From Geosiphon pyriformis uo1 (lineage: Eukaryota; Fungi; Glomeromycota): 64,000 nt of DNA. The notes under the pieces are model-generated. The model made no database searches. It saw only the letters and a program-made list of their open reading frames with translations, and had not been told where the DNA came from. This document shows, one piece after another, positions 37,458-48,560 of the stretch (its first letter is position 1; every line of letters starts with the position of its first letter). Position numbers and translations under genes: made by a program. The stretch is from the NCBI GenBank assembly GCA_016748015.1, contig JAAOMT010000175.1:575498-639497 (forward strand), given 5' to 3'.

Positions 37458-39967
37458 CCGTAAAACCTATTAATAAATAAATAAAAACTCAATTATTATT
37501 TAAAAAAAGTCAAAAAACAAACAATAATTTGTCAATAAAAACAATGAGAAATAGTAAAAGTATTCATAAGCTATATTTATTTTGTAAATTAATTTGAACT
37601 TTTTATATCTTATTATTATTGTTCATCAAAAACCTTTAACAAAAAAACACATATGAACCAATTATCTTTGCTTTTTTAAATTTTCAGATTTTAAAAAATT
37701 TCAAAGTTGAAAATTATTTACCTTAGTAAATATAAAAATTGCATTTTTTATAGTGAATATGATGTTAGTTATAACCTCGACTAGAACTAATGTGATAGAA
37801 ACAACTGAAAACTTTTACCATAAATGAATAGAAATTGTTAAATATTCATTCCATTTTAAATATTAAAACAATAATTTCCACAACAAAATATAAGATAACA
37901 ACAATCAAAATTTTCCAAAAAAAAACAAAAAACAAACCTTTTTACCTGCATGAATTTTTTCTTTCCCTTTTAAAGCATATAAACAAAATAAATGAATAAA
38001 ATACATAAAATCCAAAAAATAAGTACCTGTTTTAAATTGCTATATATTTATATGAATTTCCTTAATGGGTTCATTATATTGTGCATTTTGTACAAAATTA
38101 TTATCGATGACAATAAAATAATCTTTGTCTTGTTGATTAAAATATGTTTTTAAAAACATCTACTACAATATTTCTATTATCCAGTTTCACATGACAATTC
38201 TTTCATAAAAACTTTGCCTTAGAATTGGTTCAGTTTCATTGCTCTTATTGATTTGATAAATAGAAATATCATTATTTGACAATAAAATTTTGTCTGAATA
38301 TGTGATATTATTTGTTTAATTTAAATTGAAGCTAGCTGCCACGAAAAGGGGAATTAGTTTAGATAAAGTTGTTGAAATTAACCAATAATGAAAATATAAC
38401 GAAACACAATCCACTCCATTCAATCTTATTGTTTTTTACAAAATATGGTAAATTTTTAGTATATGTATATTCTCTTTCTTAATTTAACAGCCAGAAAATA
38501 TTATTTGGTAAGATAATAAAATCATCATCTCAATTCCAAATCGAATATTTCATGAGTAATTTCAGATTCCATTTTAAATATACAGGTTTATAATGAATAC
38601 GTTTTCTTGTTTTATGGGGTTCCAGTTAATTATCTACCATAAGGCAGTTTAATATTAATATTCTTTTAAAAATTAATAGGATAAAATTAATATTTCTCAC
38701 TCTTGTTTGTATAATTTTATTCTTTCATTTAGAAAAACTGTCTTATTAAAAATATTGATCAAATGAAAGTATAATTATTGCATCTTGCTGTGCCATAGCT
38801 ATTTTGTTCTTCCTAATTTTCAATTTTTTAAGCTTTGAAATTTCAGGTATACAAACAAATTTATTGTTATTATTATTATTGTTTTTGTTGTTATTATCAT
38901 TGTTGTTGTTGTTGTTGTTGTTATTATCAATGTTGCTGTTAATATTATTATTGTTATTGTCGTGTTTAATTAAAAAAAAGCATGAAATTTTTTTAAAACC
39001 AAATAAATCGTATTAATGAAGCCTGGTCCTAAATTTTTAACCTTCAGAGATGATAAATGTAATATTAAATTTTATTATCATAAAATAAAAGCTTTGAATT
39101 TATCAAATGTTAACCATGTTCAATGATATTTTCAAGTGGTCAAATAAAGTTTTGCAATTCAATTAACCACAATAAATTATTAAAAATTTGTTCATTTGAA
39201 TCTTAGGCTTTAAATAAAAACATAAAAAAATTTAAATGCGCATTATTAATGTAAATATTTTCAAAATATTTTTAGATAAAAAATTAAATCATAAAATTCT
39301 GATTGAATAATTTTCTGGTGATTTAAATTTTTATCAGGTTAAAATTAAACCATTTAATTTAGGAGGCTAACTGTTTTCATTTATGATATAATCATATTGA
39401 TTGATTGATATGATATCATATGGCGGTTCAAGATTTTTTTAGGTTCATTTTTATGATAATAAAAAAAAGATTCGAGTTTAATATACAGAAATTTTTTATT
39501 TTACTCTTTCCTTATCTCAGTATTCAAAGCAAGAAGGAGAATTAAATAAAATTTTGCAATATTGTAATGGTAATTCTAAGTGAATTATTTGAATAGTGGT
39601 TACCTCAATATCAGGGTATCATCATAATACTAATTAATACTAGAGACGCAATATTTTCTCATTATGGGATGAGGGTTTTAAATAATATAAACAATAAATG
39701 ATGAACATGTTTTTTAGCATGCTATTATTATCTCTTATATTATAATATGAAGAATACAAAAGGGACAGTTTTTTTTTTGATGTAAAGAACTTTTGAGACC
39801 AAAAGTTTTACTCGATTATAGTTCAGTTTGGATAATAAAATAATTTATATACAAAACCGAAAATTCGACTGTCTAGATATTTTATGGTTTTCGAATAGAG
39901 GGATCTCAGATAATATGTAATTCATAAAGTGCGGATTAACGTGGGAAAAGACCTCACTCAGATTCTC

Positions 39968-40376
39968 ATGGCACCCGAACAATTCTTTCACGCTTTATCT
40001 AATGATTTTGTGAATTTACTTGATATTTAGAAATTTTCTGATGTTAAGATTGTTGTTGGAGAAGCGCCTAGTATCAGAACTTTTCATGCTCATTCGCGAA
40101 TTTTAGCAGCAAGATCACCATATTTTGCCGTAGCACTCTCTAATAATTGGGCTAAAAGGGAAAAGAATGCCATCATCTTTGCTAAACCTAATATTTCACT
40201 TAAAATTTCTGAAATAATTCCCAGGTAAGGGTTTTATTTAATAATAGTTTGGCCAACGTAAATTGATTTTTCTATTTTTCTGTCCAGATATATTTATAAC
40301 AGCGAGATCTCCCTTGATAAATATGGAGTGTCTACTATTTTAGAATTGCTTGTTACCGCTGATGAAGCTATTCTAG
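39968..40376 (+). pseudogene. BTB/POZ-domain pseudogene (3'-truncated)
   Basis: MAPEQFFHALSNDF..(TAG)..SDVKIVVGE..FHAHSRILAARSPYF, GT-AG intron, YIYN..LELLVTADE, then abrupt end. Confidence 0.85.
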
Positions 40377-40688
40377 TGGTTTTTGGCCTTTTTTAAAATA
40401 TATTAATTATAAGATTTCATGTAATCTTTTAAAATGTAATTGATTGCAAGATTATTTTTTGTTATAAATTATAAATAAAAATATATATATAATAGATTTA
40501 AAACTTGGATCAAAAAAATAATTAATGAAAATTAGTAATTAACTAAAAAAAGGATCTTGAATAAAAAACCTACAGGATTTGTGTTTAAAAAAATTATGCG
40601 ATCCTAAAAATTGTTGCCCACTATACTTGTCGGCAGAACTGTATTTAATGAAAACATTTAAATCTTAATTTTTAATTTGTTTATCAAA

Positions 40689-41432
40689 TTAAGGAGCGCC
40701 AAACAACCGACAAATTTCGCGATCATGCGAGCTTCTAATTGATTTGTTAAATGCTTGGAAATCAGGAGTTGAGTTTGGTCCCAAATTTGATAATGGCTCA
40801 AGTATGATTATTTTTTTGAATTCAGTAAACGTTTTTAAAAGTGTAGAAAGCACTTCATCTTGGCCATTTTGATCAAGGTGTTTAGATATTAGTTTTTCGT
40901 AGCTGCTTGTTTGGGATCTTTGGCGAGAAAAATCCTTATTTTCTGAAAAAGTTACTAAATTTTGTTGCTTTTTTTTCGGCTGATACGTGTAGCCCGGAAA
41001 AACTTGTCCATGCACAATTTTAGCCAATCGAGCCAAGTAATTAAAAATTCCCTTGGTTTCAATGCATTCAGTGGCCCATCGAATTGATGAAATTCTTGAA
41101 ATTTCATTAAAACTTTTCGCTTGATTTTCGAATTCTTTTCTCAATGTGGCTTGAATATTAAGTCTATAAAGGACGAATGAATTCTGAGGACGTGGGATTT
41201 TCCCTTTACGGGATTTCAATTTTGGTGTTATTAAGTTTATTATTGGTATGTTTAAAATACCTTGTATTTTTTTAAGCGTTATAATATCAATGTTTTCGAT
41301 TAAGGTTTTCATGAAAATTTCATCCACAATTGCTCTGTCGTTTGGTAAATTTTCATCTGAAAATTTATTATTGGTGGCTTGGATTTCTCCAAATGATTGA
41401 TTGTTGAATTTGAAATGATTATTAGTGAACAT
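40689..41432 (-). CDS. MATA-HMG-box transcription factor
   Basis: Intact 247-aa ORF: KIPRPQNSFVLYR...EISRISSIRW..E....F..LA..AKIVH...FPGYTYQPKKK. Confidence 0.85.
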   Translation of the reverse strand: MFTNNHFKFNNQSFGEIQATNNKFSDENLPNDRAIVDEIFMKTLIENIDIITLKKIQGILNIPIINLITPKLKSRKGKIPRPQNSFVLYRLNIQATLRKEFENQAKSFNEISRISSIRWATECIETKGIFNYLARLAKIVHGQVFPGYTYQPKKKQQNLVTFSENKDFSRQRSQTSSYEKLISKHLDQNGQDEVLSTLLKTFTEFKKIIILEPLSNLGPNSTPDFQAFNKSIRSSHDREICRLFGAP

Positions 41433-41562
41433 TTTACTTGAAATGTATTGTGAGTGTTGAATAAGAATTTGAGTTTAAAGAGTTTCTTTAATTCTAAGAA
41501 AAGGTAATTAGCATTTTCTTCAGGAAAGTTAATATTTTTTTTGGATTGTCAAAAACCTTCTC

Positions 41563-41569
41563 TTTTATA
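41563..41569 (-). promoter_or_regulatory. Putative TATA box (CGCTATAAAA context) of the HMG gene
   Basis: The same motif occurs ~90-140 nt upstream of all four HMG-family starts (33245-33251, 36919-36925, 41563-41569, 45043-45049). Confidence 0.45.
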
Positions 41570-41718
41570 GCGACAAACTGATATATAAGCAATAAAAATC
41601 AGTATTAGAGCTAGGTTTGACTGATTTCGTGAAATGTCAAGGTACTTATTTAAGGGAACACCGGTGATTTTTGCCATCCCTCAAAAAAGATGATGCTATT
41701 AATTTGAATAATCAAAAC

Positions 41719-41756
<38 letters not shown>

Positions 41757-42659
41757 CACTCATTCAATCAAATAATATCCTTTGAAGGAAACCAACTTAA
41801 TTTTGAAAATATTTCTAAAATAATTTCTTGTTTTTTTTCCTAATTCTATCTTATTTTAGGTTAAAAACTAGCATGTTTTATCAGCTTTTAATCTTGTTAT
41901 TTTGATATCAATCGGATGAATATGAAAAAAACTGGATTTTCCTTTGTGTAAATGAGGTGATAAAGAAGGTAAATTTTTAAAATTAAAAACTCGGTAGATT
42001 TGGACGGAAAATATAAAATTCAAACTGTTTCAAAACTTTAATTTAAACTGCCTAAATAAAGGGAAATTAAGTTTAGGTTTTTTCAATGAAAGTATCCTTT
42101 TAAATTGCTCCAATAAGGCGCCTTAATCCTTGCATTAAATTAATAGCTACAAATAGACAGTAATAATAAGGATGCACAATAGTAAGGCAAAAAGCGAGTT
42201 TCATTCTGGAAATACAGATTTTAAAAAATAGAGTTATCGAAAATTCTAGATCAGTTGATTGACAAAAGATTAATCAAAAAGTGATTAAAGCTTGCAATCT
42301 CGACGTTGAACCAAGTGTATATTTTTTTGTAATAAGAATAAAAAGCTTAATTTTTGAAATGCCTTAATAGCTATGAACTTGTAAATAGATATGATTAAAA
42401 ACTCAAACTACTTTATTGCTAGAAATAATAGATCACATATTTTTATGGTACGTTATGATAAATAAATTTTTATTTTAAACCAATTTCAAATTTAAATATT
42501 ATATATTTTTATGAAACTTTCAAGAATTACTTGTATTTGAGTAACTATAAATTTAACATAGAATATTCTTAGTCTTGATGTTTTCAATAGTCGTTATCTT
42601 ATTCAATTTGCAAATTAACCAAAATTGAAGTTTTCACTGAATTAAATAAGTACAATTTT

Positions 42660-43330
42660 GAAAACTCATGTCATAGAAATATCCAAAATATTTGTAATTT
42701 TGAATTCAGTTGCTCTCATATTGATTGAAGCCTTGAAATTAGCTTGACTGTTGCACATTAAAAAAAATTTTTCACAGTGACTCATTCAGATTTGTTTTCT
42801 CAATGAAATTTGACATCTTCAATCCCAATATGTTTGCAAATGATGAATGTATTTATTTTTTCTCCTTTAGAAAAAAGGATAGTTGAACCACAAAATCATC
42901 AAAATGAGTCACATGAAATACTATATGAACAGGATCTTTCAATTGATCAGCAGGTATTTTAAGCGAAAAACCAATCACCGATTCTTGATTTCTTTATCTA
43001 TTAATCTTTTACAGAGTATCTTTCACTTCTAATGCAAGACCTATTACGACAATTTTAAATAACATTTGGAGAATCTAAAGCAAATTTAGAAATTATTATA
43101 AAAACATACCACCACCTAAGACTAGAAATCTGTTTATATGATATACTACCTAGACCAAGGCTTATAAGATGTATTTTTCAATGTTCTTTAATTATGAGTT
43201 GTGTGTAGTAACCTGCATTTGTCAATTGCATATGAACAAGATCTTTAAGAATAAGATTAGCATTTTTCATTCTTGCTTGATTGAGGAATGACTTATTTTT
43301 TGGATTAATCAATGCAAATCTTGATCTGCT
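42660..43330 (-). pseudogene. Lipase_3-family remnant (more complete copy)
   Basis: Fragments RIGDWFFA, FHVTHFDDFVVQL, KYIHHLQTYW, CNSQ and KYFGYF occur in the same order as in lipases A-D. Confidence 0.65.
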
Positions 43331-45180
43331 AGTAAAGAATCTCAGGAGCTTAAAAATTTTCTAAATTCTTATAGAAATTTAAATAGATAATTTTTGATCA
43401 CCCTAAAATATTGTTAAAGTCTGTAAATAAGATTATCAGAGCATAATATTGTTACTCATAAACATTTGACTAAAAATAATAAAATTAAGATGTACAAATA
43501 ATATCTGAATATTAACAAAAAAATAACACAACTAATCTAATCTTATATTTTAGTTAGCAAAGGATGGTGGGCTCAATTATTTTAAATCAAACAAGTAATT
43601 TTTTTAATTACACTTTAATAATTTCTCACCTGGTCAGTTATTAAAAATAATTGTTTAGCCTCCTAAATGAAAATGAATACTTTTTTAAAATAGTTTAGAA
43701 AACAAATTTAAGAATAAAACTTTAAATATTATGAATTAAATTTCTTACCAAAAAGTATGGAATTAATTCAACCTTAGAATTTTAATAATAAATCCAAAAT
43801 GAAGATGATAAAATTATTTTCATTTTGCAAAAAAAGTTTAAACGTAATTGTCAAGATCCAAAAAAGTAATCATATTTCTCAATAGTATTGCTATTTTTAA
43901 CCTAGATAAATTCTGGACTTTGGAAATTACAAACCTAAACTCTAATTGAGAACTAATATTATAAACTAGTTTCGATATTATTGTCCGCCAAATTTAGATT
44001 AATTGTTTGCATCCGATCCTAAAAAAATTCCAATATTAAGCTAAGCAGTCATTCTCTCAATTAGAGTAATAAACATTACATTTAAATTTAAAAAATTTCC
44101 ACAAATTAAAGTTTTAACCACTTTTGATTAATCCTTTGTCAATAAAATGATCTGAAATTTTTAATAACTCTATTTATGAATATCTGTACTTCCAATGAAA
44201 CTCGTTTTTTGCCTTACTATTCTGTATCATCCTTATCATCCTCATCAATGTTTATTTGTAACCATTAATTTAATGCAAAGATTAAAAGGTGCCTTATTAG
44301 AGCAATTTAAAAGGATACTTTCATTCAAAAAACATTGGAATTTTATTTCAACCTAAGCAGCTTTTGTTTATCACAAAAATTCATATCATTTTCAATTAAT
44401 TGCATGAAAGCTCAACCTGCCTAAACTCAATTTCTCTTTATCTAAAGATAATCGAATCAGTTTAAAAGTAAAGCTCTACAAAATTTTTCATTTTAAAGAT
44501 TTACCTCCTTCATCACCTCTCACCACCTCATGTACACAAAAGAAAAACCAGTTTTTCTTCATATTCGTCCAATCAATATTAAAATCAACTAGATTTAAAG
44601 CTGAAAGTTATGTTGGAAAAATACATTTGAAATCTAGTTGGTTTCCTGCCAAGGATATTCAATAATTCAATGAGTGATATAAAATAAAAAATAAAGTTCT
44701 GATTATTCAAATTTAATGACATCATCCTTTTTGAACGATGCCAAAAATTACCAGTACTTTCTTAAATTGGTCTCTTAACCTTTCACAAATTCCCTTCACC
44801 TATTTATTGACATCCTCTTTTTTCAAAAAGGACAAAAATTATCAATGTTCTCTTAAATTGGTACTTTGACCTTTCACAAATTCTCTATAATAAATTGTTT
44901 TATGACACAAAAAACTACAATTTAAGTCGTAGGAAAACCTTTGTGAAAAGCAATACGATTTAACTTTGTGCAGATATTGTATTGAAATTAGTTAAACCTG
45001 GCCCTAATACTAATTTTAATAGCTTCTATATCATTTTCTCGCTATAAAAGAAAAGCTTTTTCGACAATCCCAAAAAATATTTCAAAACATTTAGTCACTT
45101 TTTCTTCAAAATTAAACATACTCCTTGAACTCAAATCTTTATTCGACACCTCACTTTTTTCTCAAATTTTCACCGGTAAA

Positions 45181-45516
45181 ATGTTGAATCAAGAAAATTT
45201 TACCATTAAAAATTCCCCCAACCATAGGGCTGAATTGGTTAAAATTGGGCATAAAAACGGTTTTCCGGACTACAAGCATAAGCCAGAAAATGAATATTTT
45301 TCTCCCCCAAGAGCACAGCCATACATTCCGCCAATTAGCGACCAAAAAGTTATATCTCCTGATCAAAATGGCCAAGATCAAACACTTTCAAAATATAAAA
45401 AAATAATCCTACTTGAGCCTGATTTACAAATTATCAACCAATCAAACAGTAATTTTTATGATCGTGAAATTTGTCAATTGTTTGGCCCCTCCTTAATAGA
45501 TTTATTTAATAGTTAA
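45181..45516 (+). CDS. 111-aa HMG-family derivative lacking most of the HMG box
   Basis: Aligns to the 41432 protein in blocks PN.RA, L.KI.H...FP.Y...P, DQNGQD, KKII.LEP and DREIC.LFG, with in-frame deletions between them. Confidence 0.55.
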   Translation: MLNQENFTIKNSPNHRAELVKIGHKNGFPDYKHKPENEYFSPPRAQPYIPPISDQKVISPDQNGQDQTLSKYKKIILLEPDLQIINQSNSNFYDREICQLFGPSLIDLFNS

Positions 45517-45879
45517 GATGAATTTTGAATAGTTTATTGTATTTCCCAATAATAAAATTTATTAAATTTAATGATTTATATAAATCATTCTTGTACAAGA
45601 AGTATTATTTTTTGAATTAAATAGGATTGAAATGTTAAAGAATATACTCGATTATAAATTGGATAAATTAAAGATATATTTTTATATGATGATCTTTTAT
45701 GCGAAAAGTCCAAAACCCACTGTAGATAAATATAGAATATATTGTATTATGAATGAATTACATATCTTTAGAGTCTTCTAAATGTAAACTCTTTAATAGT
45801 TCCGGAAGGCAAATAAATTCTGTATTGAAAATATTATTTGAAAGATTTAGCAACTTGAATTAATATATAATATAATCTT

Positions 45880-48560
45880 TAGCTACCACAAATTTGTTAT
45901 TCACAATTAAACTTCACTCCTTATATTTTATTTTTAACCTAAAATTGGGAAACTATATTTTATCTCTGTAATGAATTATTAAGTCATGTACAAAACAAAC
46001 AAGATTATAATATGCCTTCTTAACTAATCCAAATTTTATTAGTGATTTTTTAAACCAAATCTTATAAACAAACCCATTTATAACAGCCATGTAAGCTAAC
46101 TTATTAAACGAAATATTATGCAGTATTTGTAGAATTCTTAATTTGACAACAAAAATTCTAATTAAAAACATTCAAATATTCACTTTTTAGCAATAAGTTT
46201 TTTTAATAGCATTAGAATTGTAAACAAAAATATTTTCTTCGAATGTAAAGTATATTTGGATGCTTGTAATTATATAACTTTTATGTACAACAACAGACGA
46301 TCTCTTATATAAAGTCTTTTTAAAATTTGTGTAAAAATTAACAGTTTATCTGCCAATTAAACCAGTTTTAAAGTGTCTATTTAAAAACCAAACTTTAATT
46401 ATTTTATTCAATTTATATTCATAAGCAAAATTCTATTAATATACTTAATAGTACATTCAAACTTTTACAAAGCACAATTGGTAATTTTTTGTCTTTCTAT
46501 TTAACAATTGTTATTAAAAATAAAATCAATGTAAATAACTTAAAGACAAAAACATTTAATAATGCTTAATTATTAAACAAAATAATAATACATCTTGAAA
46601 ACTGAATACATTGCAAAACTAAAATAATTGTCTAAAGCTTAAACAGTATAAAAAATATTGTATCATGAATATCAATTTTAATATTAAGACTGAAATTAAC
46701 AAATAAAGTGGTAGTAGTACCCAATATATTAAAACCACCAAAATTTTTAACCAACTTATTAATAAAAACAGACAATTTAGACAAATTAAAACTATTTAAA
46801 TACAGAGGGTGTCCAAAAGTTTCCGAACAAACTTTGGAGTAACATTCCACATGCTTGAATAATTAGAAAAGCACGAGTTTATTACTAAATTAAGTTAGTT
46901 AATTATTTAATTACGCGTTTTTTTTTTAAAACACGCGTGTATAATGTTTTTTCGCGACGCGCATAATCGATTTTATTCATACTCGTTTTTTTATAAAAAT
47001 GAAATGTAACGCGCATATAAGATTTTTTCGTCGTTTTTATTAAAACGAAATGGGAGAAAAAAAAGAATTAACGATTGCTCAACGTAATACTATATGCTTA
47101 TTACAACAGCATGGCAAGAAATATCGTGATATTGCCAACATAGTCAATTGCAGCTTGACAACAGTTTCGGATACAATAAAACGATTTAAAGAAACTGGTT
47201 CAATTGATTCAAGACCTCGTTCAGGACGTCCACGTTTATTTACTCACCAAAAATATTGCCGACTTAAACGTTTAGTAACACTTAATGAAAAAATTTAGAA
47301 AATTACTATAAAATTATAAATATGTTGTTAATTTTGTTTTATTTTATAAAAAAATAAATATTATTGTTAAATAAAATCTTGTTCGGAAACTTTTGGACAC
47401 CCTCTGTATTTTGCAATAGAACCAAAAACAGTAGTAATATAAAAATTACTTATTTACAAACTCAAAGATAACATGTGTTCAAATAACAAGAGTTCTTTTA
47501 ACGTTTAAAAAAATTTATATAAATTTAAATACATTAGATTATTATTATTATTTTGTTTAATATATTTTTATAAAATAATTAATTTGTTTAATTAAATATT
47601 TGTGCATATTTTTTTCACAATTATTTAAAAATATAAAATTGTATATAAAATTATAAAAAAATTATTGTAAAAAATATTTATAATAGAAAATTTTAGATAA
47701 TATTAATATTTTCAAATTGTTTATCATAACATTTTAAAATCTTGGTTATTTATTTATAATTAAAACTATAAAATTTATTTGTACATCCATCATATAAAAT
47801 GCTAACAAAAACTTGAAAAAAATTATCTTTTGTAAAGAGTTTTACAAAATAATATAACTTTTTTTCAACAATAAATTAATCAATTGATTAACATAATTTT
47901 TGGCAAAAATTCTATTCATTAACCATATATTGCGGCATTTAATTTTAACTAATATTTTGAGGTTTATCAAATTGTCTGTTTTTTTATTAATATTGAATTG
48001 TGTTTGAAAACAGCATTTTATCTGTTTTATAAAAAATAAGGGTTTTTTAATTATTATTAAGATAAATTTGGTTTATTTAACATGTTTATGCTTTTGAATT
48101 TGTATAAGCATTAATAATTAGTAGACTTTTTATATTCTTATGATTTGTTTCCTTTTATTTTTTTATTTTCCTTATTTTCAAAGTGTTAGCAAAAATATTG
48201 TTGAATTATAATTTGTAATAAGTTAATATCAAACACAATTATAAATTTAATAATTTTATTTTTAAAAAAATTAGCCAGTAAACTATTTTGTAAATTTACT
48301 ATATAATTATTAAAAATCTTTGTAAAAGTGCAAGAGCTTTTAACAAAACACAAATATTACATTATATTTTAAAAAATATTTGAAAGTTTTATATGTTATA
48401 AATAAATATTTGTTTCAATTTAACTTTGTATTATTGCTTTTTAAAATAATGAATATCCTGAAAATATTGAAGAATAATATTTTTATTAAAGACAAAACTG
48501 TTAATTGTTTAAAAAAAATATTGATTTTGAAAAATTATTTAATTAGAAGAATAAAACAAA
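45880..48560 (-). mobile_element. Heavily mutated non-LTR retrotransposon (LINE) ORF2 3' part with RNase H and zf-RVT-like region
   Basis: Reverting G>A/C>T changes, LSVFINKLVKNFG...FKL*TIILVLQC...LFNN*ALLN fits RNase H (VYTDGS..ELQAI..AL.C..SDSQA.LD). Downstream KTLYKRSSVVVHK and GFVYKIWF..YRDKI*FP fit the LINE C-terminus. Interrupted by the 46803 element. Confidence 0.6.
46803..47406 (+). mobile_element. Internally deleted Tc1-like element with an intact HTH-only ORF (47050-47298)
   Basis: Perfect 28-bp TIRs CAGAGGGTGTCCAAAAGTTTCCGAACAA, TA TSD; 82-aa ORF with HTH and RPRSGRPR, no DDE domain. Confidence 0.95.

Larger units (their letters stand above)
40975..45495. repeat. Right arm of the inverted duplication
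   Basis: Reverse-complement match to 32811-37457 in mirrored block order. Confidence 0.85.

Noticed and set aside
38804-39016. Poly-Leu membrane peptide ORF
   Set aside because: Translation of a TTG/TTA triplet tract with no other support.
32811-45516. HMG cluster as a mating-type locus
   Set aside because: Glomeromycota carry many MATA-HMG paralogues. No HD1/HD2 genes or Mucorales-type TPT/RNA-helicase flanks are present, and three of four copies are defective.
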